Below are positions 40,054 through 50,427 of a stretch of DNA of 64,000 bases, in pieces. Positions within the stretch are counted from its first letter, which is position 1; each line of letters begins with the position of its first letter. The DNA is taken from positions 29,106-93,105 of the forward strand of contig CAJAHH010000123.1 in the NCBI GenBank assembly GCA_903939515.1. Direction: 5' to 3'. Below the pieces are notes generated by a model that ran no database searches, was not told the origin of the DNA, and worked only from the letters and a program-made list of their open reading frames with translations. The position numbers and the translations under genes are program-made. This stretch comes from an uncultured Verrucomicrobiota bacterium. Lineage in GTDB: Bacteria; Verrucomicrobiota; Verrucomicrobiia; Limisphaerales; UBA9464.

Positions 40054-41346
40054 ATGCGCATTACCCGACTTGAAGTTCGCGATATTCGCTTTCCGACGTC
40101 TAAAGGCTTGGACGGTTCGGATGCGATGAATCCGGATCCGGATTATTCCTCGGCCTACGTGATCTTGCATACGGACACCGAATGGAAGGGCTACGGGTCT
40201 ACCTTTACTATCGGCCGGGGCAACGACGTGGTTTGCGCTGCGGTCATGGCCCATGAACACCTCGTGGTGGGTCTCACGCTGGAGGAGTTTCGGGCGGCTC
40301 CGGGCGCGGTGTGGCGGCGCTTGAATGGCGACTCGCAGCTGCGATGGATCGGGCCCGACAAGGGCGCCATTCACTTGGCGCTAGCCGCCATCGTCAATGC
40401 TCTGTGGGACTTGTATGCTCGCCATGCGGGAATGCCGGTTTGGAAGCTGGTGAGCGGGTTCACGCCCGAACAGTTCGTGGCCTGCGTGGATTTCCGCTAC
40501 CTGACCGATGCCCTGACGCCGGCCGAGGCTCTTGACTTGCTGCGCCGCGCCGAACCAGGCAAGGCCGAGCGCATCGCCCGGCTCGAGCGCGAGGGTTACC
40601 CCGCTTACACCACCAGCGCCGGATGGCTGGGTTATCCGGACGACAAAATTCGCCGCCTGTGCCGCGAGGCGGTGGCTGAGGGGTGGAACCACATTAAGGT
40701 GAAGGTGGGTCGCGACCTGCCGGACGACATTCGCCGCCTCGGCATCATCCGCGAGGAAATCGGCTGGGATCGTAAACTGATGGTCGATGCCAACCAGGTC
40801 TGGGACGTGCCGCAGGCCATCGAGTGGATGCAGTCGCTGGCTCCGTTCAAGCCGTGGTGGATCGAGGAGCCGACGTCGCCCGACGACGTCCTCGGCCATG
40901 CCACCATTGCGCGGGCCATGGAGCCGCTGGGCATTGGCGTGGCCACGGGCGAGCACGGCATGAACCGGATTCTCTTCAAGCAGTTGTTGCAGGCCCGGGC
41001 TATCTCGTTCTGCCAAATCGACTCCTGCCGTTTGGGGGGCGTGAACGAGAACCTCGCGGTGCTGCTCTTGGCGGCGAAGTTCTGTGTGCCGGTGTGCCCG
41101 CACGCCGGTGGGGTTGGGTTGTGCGAGTTCGTTCAGCACATGAGCATGATCGATTTCACTTCGGTCAGTGGCAGCTGGGACGGACGGGTGTGCGAGTTTG
41201 TCGATCACTTGCACGAGCACTTCACTGATCCCTGCCGCATCCGCTCTGGTCGCTACCTGGCCCCAGAGAAAGCGGGCTACAGCACCGAGATGCACGCCGA
41301 GACTCTCGCTCGATATGAGTTTCCCAGCGGCACCGAGTGGCGGTGA
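40054..41346 (+). CDS. fucD: L-fuconate dehydratase (enolase superfamily, mandelate racemase subgroup)
   Basis: DIRFPTS..DGSDAMNPDPDYS, FTIGRGN, PAYTTSAGWLGY, KVKVG, DANQVW, IEEPTSPDD, ATGEH, PHAGGVGLCE. Confidence 0.92.
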   Translation: MRITRLEVRDIRFPTSKGLDGSDAMNPDPDYSSAYVILHTDTEWKGYGSTFTIGRGNDVVCAAVMAHEHLVVGLTLEEFRAAPGAVWRRLNGDSQLRWIGPDKGAIHLALAAIVNALWDLYARHAGMPVWKLVSGFTPEQFVACVDFRYLTDALTPAEALDLLRRAEPGKAERIARLEREGYPAYTTSAGWLGYPDDKIRRLCREAVAEGWNHIKVKVGRDLPDDIRRLGIIREEIGWDRKLMVDANQVWDVPQAIEWMQSLAPFKPWWIEEPTSPDDVLGHATIARAMEPLGIGVATGEHGMNRILFKQLLQARAISFCQIDSCRLGGVNENLAVLLLAAKFCVPVCPHAGGVGLCEFVQHMSMIDFTSVSGSWDGRVCEFVDHLHEHFTDPCRIRSGRYLAPEKAGYSTEMHAETLARYEFPSGTEWR

Positions 41347-41392
41347 CGTCGGGGTAGGGCGGGGGGCTGTGTAACACGAGTTTTCGAACAGT

Positions 41393-41451
41393 CCAAACTA
41401 CGATGAATCGTAAAATGGTGTTTACCAAACTACGATTCATCGTAAATTGGT
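41393..41451. promoter_or_regulatory. Tandem pair of 26-bp imperfect palindromes (32-bp period), candidate operator
   Basis: CCAAACTACGATGAATCGTAAAATGG (41393-41418) and CCAAACTACGATTCATCGTAAATTGG (41425-41450), 5 nt before ATG 41456. Confidence 0.75.
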
Positions 41452-41455
41452 TTCA

Positions 41456-42664
41456 ATGAACGATCGTCGCCGAATCTATGATTCCATCCTGGAGACCCAT
41501 CTGGAGACCCATCGGCAGATGGCCTTCGTCAGCGGTCCCCGGCAGGTGGGCAAGACCACGGTTTGTCGGCATGGGGCAGAGTCCTATTTCAACTGGGACG
41601 CGGCCGACGACCGGCGTCTGATCCAGAAGGGAGCGACGGCCGTGGCAGCAGCCATCGGAGCCGACAAAGCTCGCGCCGGTCGACCCAAGGTAGTCTTCGA
41701 TGAGATCCACAAAGACCGCCGTTGGAAGGCCTTCCTCAAGGGGTTCTTCGATGTTCATGCCGATCGGAAGAAACTCGGAGTGGTGGTCACCGGCAGCGCC
41801 CGGCTCAATGTCTATCGCCGGGGAGGGGACAGCCTCATGGGGCGATACTTCCTCTATCGAATGCATCCCTTCAGCGTGGCCGAATGCCTGCGCACCGACA
41901 CGCCCACCGAGGTGCTTTCGCCGCCTGCGAGGATCAGCGATGACGACTGGAACGCCCTGCTGCGTCATGGCGGGTTCCCGGAACCTTTTCTGACGCGGTC
42001 GCCGGCCTTCACCCGCAAATGGGCGCGACTTCGACTCGACCAGCTCACGGGCGAGGATCTTCGCGACCTCGGCGCCTTCCGCGATTTGGCTGGTTTGGAT
42101 CAGTTGGCACGCATCCTCTCGGAGCGATCCTCTGTTCAACTCAACTTCTCCGAGTTGGCTCGCGACCTTCAGGTTACCGCCGAGACCTCGAACCGGTGGA
42201 TCGCCGCTCTGGAACAATTGCATCTGGGGTTCACGCTGAGGCCCTGGTCCACGGACATCGCCAACTCCCTGCGAAAGGAACCCCGGTGGTTTCTGCGCGA
42301 TTGGTCGGGCGTTGAAGATGTAGGTCGCCGCGCCGAGACCTTCGTGGGCTGCCACCTGCTCAAAGCGGTCGAGGCGTGGACTGACCTTGGGTTGGGCACG
42401 TTCGAGTTGGCTTATCTTCGCACCAAACAGGGGCAGGAGGTCGACTTCGTGGTCGTGCGCGACCGGAAGCCTTGGTGTCTCGTCGAGGTCAAGAATGGCG
42501 CCACCGAACTTTCGCCCTCCCTAGCCTTCTTCCAGCAACGGACCGGGGCTCCCTACGCCTTCCAGGTGGAATTGGACGCGCCGTATGTGCCCGTCGATTG
42601 CTTCAAACACCATGGGCTTCCGTTGCGCGTGCCGGCCCGCACCTTTCTTAGTCAGTGGGTTTGA
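41456..42664 (+). CDS. AAA_14 ATPase with C-terminal DUF4143 (winged helix plus PD-(D/E)XK-like) domain
   Basis: Walker A GPRQVGKT; Walker B FDEIHK; VTGSA; GGFPEPF; EVDFVV...VEVK. Confidence 0.9.
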   Translation: MNDRRRIYDSILETHLETHRQMAFVSGPRQVGKTTVCRHGAESYFNWDAADDRRLIQKGATAVAAAIGADKARAGRPKVVFDEIHKDRRWKAFLKGFFDVHADRKKLGVVVTGSARLNVYRRGGDSLMGRYFLYRMHPFSVAECLRTDTPTEVLSPPARISDDDWNALLRHGGFPEPFLTRSPAFTRKWARLRLDQLTGEDLRDLGAFRDLAGLDQLARILSERSSVQLNFSELARDLQVTAETSNRWIAALEQLHLGFTLRPWSTDIANSLRKEPRWFLRDWSGVEDVGRRAETFVGCHLLKAVEAWTDLGLGTFELAYLRTKQGQEVDFVVVRDRKPWCLVEVKNGATELSPSLAFFQQRTGAPYAFQVELDAPYVPVDCFKHHGLPLRVPARTFLSQWV

Positions 42665-42749
42665 ATTGAAGACTCGGAGAGGTCTTTTGGTAGTTGGGGT
42701 AGCGTTCGAGAGAGTAGTGAGAAATCTGGGAACAAGCGCGAACAGACTG

Positions 42750-42775
42750 TGGGAACAGGCGCTCTTGCACCCGGC
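42750..42775 (+). repeat. 26-bp direct repeat, copy 1 (overlaps the putative dapL -35)
   Basis: TGGGAACAGGCGCTCTTGCACCCGGC; 25/26 identical to 50370-50395. Confidence 0.8.
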
Positions 42776-42828
42776 CGCGAGCATTCCCTAGTGTCTGCGT
42801 CTTTCCGGGCGTGGCCCGGCTCATCACC

Positions 42829-44067
42829 ATGGCTTCACTCAACGACAATTATCTCAAGCTCAAGGCGGGTTATCTGTTTCCGGAAATCGGACGGCGGGTG
42901 AAGGCGTTCAATGACGCCAATCCGGCAGCGGCCGCCCGGTTGATTCGGTGCGGCATCGGCGACGTGACCGAGCCGTTGCCTGCAGCCGTGGTTGCCGCCC
43001 TGCACAAGGCGGTGGATGAGATGGCCGTGCGGAGCACCTTCAAGGGCTATGGCCCCGAGCAGGGCTACGAGTGGCTGCGGGCGGCCATTGCCGAGAATGA
43101 TTTCCGGGCCCACGGCCTCGACGTGGCCGACGATGAGATCTTTGTGAGCGACGGTTCGAAGTGCGATTGCGGGGCGATCCTCGACATCATGGGGGCTTCC
43201 AATCGTCTGGCCATCACCGATCCAGTGTACCCCGTTTATGTGGATACCAACGTCATGGCGGGCCACACGGGCGAGGCCGATGCCACGGGTGCCTACGCAG
43301 GGATTACTTACCTGCCATGCACGGCCCAGAACGGGTTCATCCCGGAGCCGCCCAAGGAGCACGTGGACGTCATTTACTTGTGCTCGCCGAACAACCCCAC
43401 CGGGGCCACGGCCTCGCGGGCTCAGCTCGAGGCCTGGGTGAAGTACGCGCTGGCCAACCGATCGATCATTTTGTTCGACGCGGCCTATGAGGCCTACATT
43501 AGCGATCCGACAATCCCGCATTCTATTTACGAGATCCCGGGGGCCCGTGAGTGTGCCATCGAGTTTCGTAGTTTCTCAAAAAATGGCGGTTTCACTGGGG
43601 TCCGGTGCGCGTTCACGGTGGTGCCCAAGACGCTCCTGGCCTCCACGGCCTCGGGCGAGTTGAAGCCCTTGCACCCGTTGTGGTCCCGGCGCATGACCAC
43701 CAAGTTCAACGGTGTGTCGTACTTGGTGCAGCGGGCGGCCGAAGCCCTGTATTCGCCGGAAGGCAAGGCCCAGGTGGCCGCCTTGGTCGAACATTACATG
43801 GGCAACGCCAAGATCCTCGTGGCGGGAGCCAAGGCAGCCGGTCATCGCGTGTTCGGTGGCGTGAATGCTCCGTACATCTGGGTGGATGCACCTAAGGGGC
43901 ACACCAGCTGGCAGGCGTTCGACCGAATCCTCAATGAGTCCAATGTGGTGATCACCCCGGGGAGCGGCTTCGGCAGTAATGGCGAAGGGTGGTTCCGTGT
44001 GAGCGGGTTCAATAGTCGAGCCAACGCTGAAGAGGTTTCCCGTCGCTTGCAGGCGTTGAACTGGTAG
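42829..44067 (+). CDS. dapL: LL-diaminopimelate aminotransferase
   Basis: [65 protein letters not shown]. Confidence 0.97.
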   Translation: MASLNDNYLKLKAGYLFPEIGRRVKAFNDANPAAAARLIRCGIGDVTEPLPAAVVAALHKAVDEMAVRSTFKGYGPEQGYEWLRAAIAENDFRAHGLDVADDEIFVSDGSKCDCGAILDIMGASNRLAITDPVYPVYVDTNVMAGHTGEADATGAYAGITYLPCTAQNGFIPEPPKEHVDVIYLCSPNNPTGATASRAQLEAWVKYALANRSIILFDAAYEAYISDPTIPHSIYEIPGARECAIEFRSFSKNGGFTGVRCAFTVVPKTLLASTASGELKPLHPLWSRRMTTKFNGVSYLVQRAAEALYSPEGKAQVAALVEHYMGNAKILVAGAKAAGHRVFGGVNAPYIWVDAPKGHTSWQAFDRILNESNVVITPGSGFGSNGEGWFRVSGFNSRANAEEVSRRLQALNW

Positions 44068-44172
44068 CGCGGGCCTTTGCGGAGTGCTCGTTGGTGCTCG
44101 CTCGGCGCGGTCCGTGCGAGACGCAAAGTTGGACGTTGGAGGTTGGGGAAATGTGGCTTAATTTCACGCCAC

Positions 44173-46335
44173 ATGACACGCCTCCTGTTGCTCCTATTGG
44201 CGTTAGCCCTGCCTCTAGCAGCGGCCCCCTCGAGCAAAGATCCCGCCCGATGGATCGCCGCGGTTTCGCCCGGTTTGATGCAGGTGGAGTTCACCCTGCA
44301 GTTTGACCGGGGCGACGCCCCGCATGGGATTCTCGATCAGGATCCCCGTTCCACTGGCCCTCGGGCCAATAGCTTGGCCGACTTGGTCGCTGACGAGCGC
44401 CCTCTGGAAACCACCGGTTTCCTGGTGGGCCCTACGACCGTGGTGGCGATGGATCCCTGTGTGCATCCGCGATTCATCAAGACCATCGTGGTCCGGCAGG
44501 GGGCGCACCGATCCACCGCCCGCATCACGGCCTATGGCGTGGATCAATGGGCCTTTGTTCTAACCCTGGATCAGCCGATCGCTGGAACCAAGCCCATCGA
44601 ATTTCCAGCCAAGGGCACCGAGGCTCCGGCCGCCTTGGTTAGCTATTACCGCCAAGACGGACAAATGGTCCGCGTGGCGCTGCCGTGGGGTGGCCAATAC
44701 CTCGAGACCGAGTCCGGCAAGGCACTTCGGGTCTTGGAGCATCAGGGAGTGGCACTGAGCGCCCAGGGGCGGCCGTTGGGACTTGTGATGAACCATCGGC
44801 TCGATGCCGACAACCGGTGGCGGGGCAATCCCATGGCCTGGAAAATGATCGACGCCACCGCCTTTGCCTCCCAATTGAAGGAGCTAGAGAGCTTGACCGC
44901 TCAGGCGTTGGTGCGCGTCCGCCTGAGTTTCCGCAGTCCTAAGGTGACCCCGGGTCAGAACCCGATGCGTGCGCGCACTCGTGGCGACGAGGAATCGGAC
45001 GAATCGGCCACCGAACGCAACGAGTTGGGCGTACTCTTGCCCGGAGGGCGCGTGGCGGTATTGGCGGCGCTCAAGAGTGGGTTGACCGCTCGATTGGAGC
45101 GCGCCTCCATCCAGAGGGAGGGCAAGCCGCCCGTCACCGCCAAGTTTATCGCCTCTCTCCGAGATTTTGGGGTCCTGGTGATGGAACCTGAGCAACCTCT
45201 GGGCGATGCGATGCGGATCGATGCGACGCATCCGGCCGACCGCATGGGGCAACTCATGCTGCGGGCTGAGGTGGATTTACGGGGCGAAACGCGCTCGTCC
45301 TATTTTCATGAGTCCCGGATCGCCGGTGTCCGGGTAGGGGCCCGAATGGAGGCCTATCCTGAGCTGCCCGACCCGGAGGTGAAGGACACCTTTCTCTTCA
45401 CGATGGATCGCGCTCTCCACGCCCTGCCGGTCACCCGTCGGGAACTATTGGGCGGTATTCGCGATCCCTTCGCCGGTCGCCGTCAGTTGACGACTGCGCG
45501 CCAATTGGCGGACGCCGTTCGTCGCCTGCCTGAGACGGCCGATCCGGCCAACGTGCCGGTGTCGGAGGCCGACGAGAACCGATTGGCCTGGCTCGGGGTC
45601 GAACTTCAGCCGCTGACCCGTGAACTGGCCCGCGCCAACCAGGTGTCCGACCAGACGCGCGACGGCCAGACTGGCGGGCTAATCACCTACATCCATCCCG
45701 ACTCGCCCGCGGCCAAGGCGGGCATCAAAGCGGGCATGGTGATGCTGCGCTTGCGAGCCGCATCGCAGCCGGTGCCCATTGAAATCCAACTTGAGGAAGA
45801 CTTCGCGCGCGCGCAGGGCTTTCCGTGGGAACGCTTGGATGAGATTCGTGATCAATTCTTCGAGCGGATTTTTACGCCGTGGCCGCCGGTCGAAACACCG
45901 TTAACCCGGGCCCTGACCGATCTGGGCTTCGGAACCCGTTTCACGGCCGACTTTGTCGAGGAAGGCAAATTGCTCACCCAAGAGTTCGAGGTGGTTCCGG
46001 GGCCGACGCATTATGAGTCGGCGGCACGGTTTAAGTCCGAGAGTCTAGGAATCACGGTGCGCAACCTCACCTACGACGTGCTCCGCTACATCCAGCGCAA
46101 GGCCGACGAGCCCGGGGTGGTGGTCTCGCGGATCGAGCCCGGCGGGCGGGCCAGCGTCGCAGGTGTGAAGCCTTACGAGTTGATCACCCACATTCAGGAC
46201 CAGCCGGTGTCCACGGTCGCTGACTTTGAACGCCTGGTGGCGGCCGAAAAGGGAGATCTGAAGCTGACCCTCAAGCGCATGGCCAAGGGGCGCATTGCGA
46301 CAATTCGTGCGGTGTCCTCGGAGACCAAAGAATAG
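44173..46335 (+). CDS. Secreted PDZ-domain protein with degenerate trypsin-like N-terminal regions
   Basis: Signal peptide MTRLLLLLLALALPLAAA; PDZ1 AWLGVELQPL...DSPAAKAGIKAG; PDZ2 LGITVRNL...GGRASVAGVKPYELI. Confidence 0.75.
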   Translation: MTRLLLLLLALALPLAAAPSSKDPARWIAAVSPGLMQVEFTLQFDRGDAPHGILDQDPRSTGPRANSLADLVADERPLETTGFLVGPTTVVAMDPCVHPRFIKTIVVRQGAHRSTARITAYGVDQWAFVLTLDQPIAGTKPIEFPAKGTEAPAALVSYYRQDGQMVRVALPWGGQYLETESGKALRVLEHQGVALSAQGRPLGLVMNHRLDADNRWRGNPMAWKMIDATAFASQLKELESLTAQALVRVRLSFRSPKVTPGQNPMRARTRGDEESDESATERNELGVLLPGGRVAVLAALKSGLTARLERASIQREGKPPVTAKFIASLRDFGVLVMEPEQPLGDAMRIDATHPADRMGQLMLRAEVDLRGETRSSYFHESRIAGVRVGARMEAYPELPDPEVKDTFLFTMDRALHALPVTRRELLGGIRDPFAGRRQLTTARQLADAVRRLPETADPANVPVSEADENRLAWLGVELQPLTRELARANQVSDQTRDGQTGGLITYIHPDSPAAKAGIKAGMVMLRLRAASQPVPIEIQLEEDFARAQGFPWERLDEIRDQFFERIFTPWPPVETPLTRALTDLGFGTRFTADFVEEGKLLTQEFEVVPGPTHYESAARFKSESLGITVRNLTYDVLRYIQRKADEPGVVVSRIEPGGRASVAGVKPYELITHIQDQPVSTVADFERLVAAEKGDLKLTLKRMAKGRIATIRAVSSETKE

Positions 46336-46342
46336 GAAACTT

Positions 46343-48862
46343 ATGAATCCATCGAAGGCATCCAGAACCCCGGTGGGTGAAGCGGGAAGAAAACTCCTAA
46401 AATGGCTCGGCATCGCTTCGTTGTGGTCGCTGGCACTGGGCGCGGCCGAAGCTCCGCCGGCAGACCCACACTGGGCCTTCCTGCCGGTGGTCCGACCGGC
46501 TATTCCTTCCACCAAAATCTCGGCCGGTGCGGCCAATCCGGTGGATACCTTCATTCAAGCCCGTCTCTCCGAGAGTGGGTTGACGCCTTCGGTCGAGGCC
46601 GATCGTGCGACGCTCATTCGGCGGTTGTACCTGGTGATGTTGGGGGTGCCGCCGACTCCGGACGAGTTGTCTGCGTTTGTGGCGGACGTGCAGCCCCGAG
46701 CTTGGGAGCGATTGTTGGATCGAGTGCTCGAGGATCCCCGCTATGGAGAACGCTGGGGACGCCATTGGCTCGATGTCATCCGGTTCGCCGAGAGCAATGG
46801 TTTTGAGACCAATCGAGAGCGGCTGAGCGCCTGGCGGTTCCGGGACTACGTGATCGAGGCCTTCAACACCGACAAGCCCTATGACCAGTTCATCCGCGAG
46901 CAAATTGCCGGAGATGCCCTAGGCATGGACGTGGCGACCGGGTTCCTAGTTGGTGGTCCGGTGGATATCGTTAAGAGCCCAGACATCACTCTGACGACTC
47001 AGCAACGGGCCGATGAAATCGATGACATGCTGGGCACCACAGGCACCTCCTTCATGGGGCTTACCTTGGGTTGTGCTCGCTGCCACACGCACAAGTTCGA
47101 TCCCATTACCCACACCGAGTACTACTCGATGGCGGCCATTTTCTCGGGCGTCCAACACGGCGAACGAACGCTGCCATTGCCGCCCGAACGGGCACAAGCG
47201 GTCGCCCGCATCGAAGGGCGGATCCAAGACCTGCAAAAGCGACTCGAAGTCTTCATTCCGCGGGCGACACCGGCATCCCCGACGGCCCCGGCAGACCGGC
47301 GACCGGCGGTGGTCGCTCGGCAGAATGAGGATCGGTTCACCGTCACTGACGCGCGGCGTGTGCGTTTTACCATTCTTGCGACGACGGGCGGCGAACCGTG
47401 CATCGACGAACTCGAAGTCTGGTCAGGCGATCACAACGTGGCCCTGGCCTCAGCAGGAACCAAAGCCACGGCCTCAGGGAGTTTGGCTGGGTATGAAATC
47501 CATAAGTTGGAGCATTTGAACGATGGACGCCCCGGCAACACGCGTTCGTGGATTTCCAGCGAGGCGGGCAAGGGTTGGGTTCAATTAGAATTCCCCAAAG
47601 CCGAGCGCATTGGTCGCGTGGTCTGGGGGCGTGATCGGGAAGGGAACTTCAAGGATCGCCTGACCACCCAGTACCGCATCGAAGTGGCGACCGAACCCGG
47701 AGGCTGGAAGACCGTGGCGACCTCCGATGATCGGGTGCCTTTCGCCGGAGAATCCACCCAGCCCTCGGGGCCGGTGTACCGCTTCGAAGGCCTCGCCGAA
47801 TCCGAGGCGTCTCAAGGGAGACGCTGGCTGGCGGAACTGGAATTGGCTCGCAAGGAGCGCGAGGCCCTTTCGAAGGCGCCGTCCATTTACTCCGGAACTT
47901 TTTCTCAACCCGGAGCGACCCATCGTTTGCACCGCGGGGATCCGCTGCTGAAACGGGAAACCGTGTCGCCGGGAACATTGGCATTGTTCAAACCGCTGGT
48001 GTTGTCCACCAACGCTCCCGAGCGCGAGCGTCGGCTTGCCTTGGCAGACTGGATCGCCCGTCCAGACAATCCCCTGACGGCCCGTGTGATCGTTAATCGC
48101 GTCTGGCAGCATCAGTTCGGAGTGGGGTTGGTTAACACTCCCAACGATTTCGGCCGGAATGGTTCCAAGCCCACGCATCCGGAATTGTTGGATTGGCTGG
48201 CGAGCGACTTAATCGAGCACGGTTGGAGCCTCAAGCACCTTCAACGGCGCATTCTCTCCTCAGCCACCTGGCAGCAATCCGGCCTGCCCCGAAAAGAGGC
48301 CCTTGCCGTGGATGCGGGCAGCCGGTTGTTGTGGCGCTTTCCTCCGCGGCGCATCGAGGCTGAGGGGATCCGTGACAGCATTTTGGCTGTCAGTGGCAAT
48401 CTAGACCGCGCCCGTGGAGGCCCCAGTTTCTACCTGCATGTGGTGGATCGGGAGAATGTCTATCACTACCATCCTAAGGAGGCGTTCGGGCCTGCCGACA
48501 CGCGCCGCATGGTGTACGCCTTCAAGGTGCGCATGGAGCAAGATGGCATTTTTGGAGCATTCGACTGTCCGGACGGCAGTTTGGTGGTGCCCAAACGCAG
48601 CGTCTCCACCACACCCTTGCAGGCACTGAACCTTTTCAATAGTCGATTTATCCTCGACCAGTCCCAGACCTTTGCTGATCGGCTTCGGCATGAGGCGGGC
48701 GAGCAACCGGAGTCTCAGGTCCGGGCGGCGTGGCAATTGGCCTTCAACCGAACTCCGCAGCGCGCCGAGGCGGAGGAAGCGATGGCCTTCGTTCGTTCCG
48801 AGGGATTGCCGGCGTTCTGCCGCGGGGTCCTCAATGCCAACGAGTTTCTCTTCATTCCATGA
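46343..48862 (+). CDS. DUF1549/DUF1553 protein with a central discoidin (F5/8 type C)-like domain
   Basis: [47 protein letters not shown]...SWIS...[30 protein letters not shown]. Confidence 0.92.
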   Translation: MNPSKASRTPVGEAGRKLLKWLGIASLWSLALGAAEAPPADPHWAFLPVVRPAIPSTKISAGAANPVDTFIQARLSESGLTPSVEADRATLIRRLYLVMLGVPPTPDELSAFVADVQPRAWERLLDRVLEDPRYGERWGRHWLDVIRFAESNGFETNRERLSAWRFRDYVIEAFNTDKPYDQFIREQIAGDALGMDVATGFLVGGPVDIVKSPDITLTTQQRADEIDDMLGTTGTSFMGLTLGCARCHTHKFDPITHTEYYSMAAIFSGVQHGERTLPLPPERAQAVARIEGRIQDLQKRLEVFIPRATPASPTAPADRRPAVVARQNEDRFTVTDARRVRFTILATTGGEPCIDELEVWSGDHNVALASAGTKATASGSLAGYEIHKLEHLNDGRPGNTRSWISSEAGKGWVQLEFPKAERIGRVVWGRDREGNFKDRLTTQYRIEVATEPGGWKTVATSDDRVPFAGESTQPSGPVYRFEGLAESEASQGRRWLAELELARKEREALSKAPSIYSGTFSQPGATHRLHRGDPLLKRETVSPGTLALFKPLVLSTNAPERERRLALADWIARPDNPLTARVIVNRVWQHQFGVGLVNTPNDFGRNGSKPTHPELLDWLASDLIEHGWSLKHLQRRILSSATWQQSGLPRKEALAVDAGSRLLWRFPPRRIEAEGIRDSILAVSGNLDRARGGPSFYLHVVDRENVYHYHPKEAFGPADTRRMVYAFKVRMEQDGIFGAFDCPDGSLVVPKRSVSTTPLQALNLFNSRFILDQSQTFADRLRHEAGEQPESQVRAAWQLAFNRTPQRAEAEEAMAFVRSEGLPAFCRGVLNANEFLFIP

Positions 48863-50364
48863 GTGCACCGATCCCTCCTGCCTTCCAAAGTCCGTTGCTC
48901 AATCGGCGGCGTTTCCTCGGCGACACCGGCCTCGGCCTCGGTTCCATTGCCTTGACCCATCTCTTGGGGCGCCAGGGGTTGCTCGCTCAGAACGCAGACC
49001 GTCGGGAGCCGCTTCGGCCTCTAATTGAACCCGGCCGGCCTTACGGAGCGCGCCAGTCCCATTTCACCCCGCGCGCCAAAAACGTGCTGGTGATCTTTTG
49101 CAGCGGAGCCTGCAGCCAGCTGGATACCTTCGACTACAAGCCAGAGTTGATACGTCGGCACGGTCAGCCCATGCCAGGCACCGAGAAGCTCATCACCTTC
49201 CAGGGTGAGCAGGGTGCGCTGAACAAGAGCCCGTGGGAGTTTCGTGCGCGCGGTCAGAGCGGCAAAATGACCTCCGATCTACTGCCGCACCTGGGCGATT
49301 TAGTTGATGAGATGTGCTTCATCCACTCGATGCAGGGGAAGACCAATACGCACGGCCCTGGCGAGAACTACATGTCCACCGGCAATGCGCTCGATGGCTT
49401 TCCCAGCATGGGCGCTTGGATGACGTATGCGCTGGGCAGCGACGATCAGAGCCTGCCCGCCTATGTGGCCATTCCTGATCCGCGCGGAAAGCCCCAGAAC
49501 AGCGTGAACAATTGGGCTCCTGGATTCTTGCCAGCGGCCTTTCAGGGCACAGAGTTCAATGCCACGAACCCGATCCGCAATCTGGCACGACCCGGCGGTG
49601 TAGCGGCTTCCAGCGACAGCGCCACGCGGAGTTTCCTCCAACGCCTGAATGAACGCCACGCCGAGCGATTTCCGGGCGACACCGAGCTGGCCGCGCGGAT
49701 CGCTAGCTACGAATTGGCTGCCCGCATGCAGCTCACCGTCCCGGAGGTTGCTAACTTATCCAGCGAGCCCGAACACATCCTGCGCCTTTACGGAGCAGAT
49801 GAAGGCGGCACCAAGATCAAGGACACGCGGGCGGCCTACGCACGCAACTGCATCCTCGCCCGCCGGCTCGTCGAAAAAGGGGTGCGATTCGTGCAGCTCT
49901 TCAATGGTGCCTACCAAACCGGCGGCGAAGGCGTGAGCAACTGGGATGGCCACAAGGACATTGCCAGTCAGTACGGCATGCACGGGCCGGTCCTCGACAA
50001 GCCGACGGCCGGCTTGCTCATCGACTTGCGTCAGCGCGGCCTGTTGGAAGACACACTGGTGGTCTGGTGCACCGAATTTGGTCGCATGCCGACGTTCCAA
50101 AAGGGTTCTCAGGGACGCGACCACAACCCTGCCGGGTTTACCTGCTGGATGGCTGGAGCCGGTGTCAAAAAAGGCTTTAGCCACGGGGCCACCGATGAGT
50201 TCGGATACAAATCCATCGAGAACGTGGTCACTGTGCACGACTTCCACGCCACCATCTTGCACCTGCTCGGACTCGACCACCAGCGCCTCACTTACTACCA
50301 CAACGGCCTCGAGCGTCGTTTGACGGACGTTCACGGCGAGGTGGTTCAGGCCGTGTTGGCTTGA
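48859..50364 (+). CDS. DUF1501 family protein with Tat signal
   Basis: [42 protein letters not shown] overlap with the upstream gene. Confidence 0.93.
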   Translation: MSAPIPPAFQSPLLNRRRFLGDTGLGLGSIALTHLLGRQGLLAQNADRREPLRPLIEPGRPYGARQSHFTPRAKNVLVIFCSGACSQLDTFDYKPELIRRHGQPMPGTEKLITFQGEQGALNKSPWEFRARGQSGKMTSDLLPHLGDLVDEMCFIHSMQGKTNTHGPGENYMSTGNALDGFPSMGAWMTYALGSDDQSLPAYVAIPDPRGKPQNSVNNWAPGFLPAAFQGTEFNATNPIRNLARPGGVAASSDSATRSFLQRLNERHAERFPGDTELAARIASYELAARMQLTVPEVANLSSEPEHILRLYGADEGGTKIKDTRAAYARNCILARRLVEKGVRFVQLFNGAYQTGGEGVSNWDGHKDIASQYGMHGPVLDKPTAGLLIDLRQRGLLEDTLVVWCTEFGRMPTFQKGSQGRDHNPAGFTCWMAGAGVKKGFSHGATDEFGYKSIENVVTVHDFHATILHLLGLDHQRLTYYHNGLERRLTDVHGEVVQAVLA

Positions 50365-50369
50365 GCGAT

Positions 50370-50395
50370 TGGGAACAGGGGCTCTTGCACCCGGC
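50370..50395 (+). repeat. 26-bp direct repeat, copy 2
   Basis: TGGGAACAGGGGCTCTTGCACCCGGC; matches 42750-42775. Confidence 0.8.
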
Positions 50396-50427
50396 TTTAG
50401 AAGCGCGAGCAAAGCCTTGTGGCCCTC

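Noticed and set aside
41393..41451. Possible mini-CRISPR array or Xer/dif site
   Set aside because: Only two units separated by 6 nt, no cas genes, and the 2-nt centre does not fit the 11-6-11 dif layout. Kept as a candidate operator.
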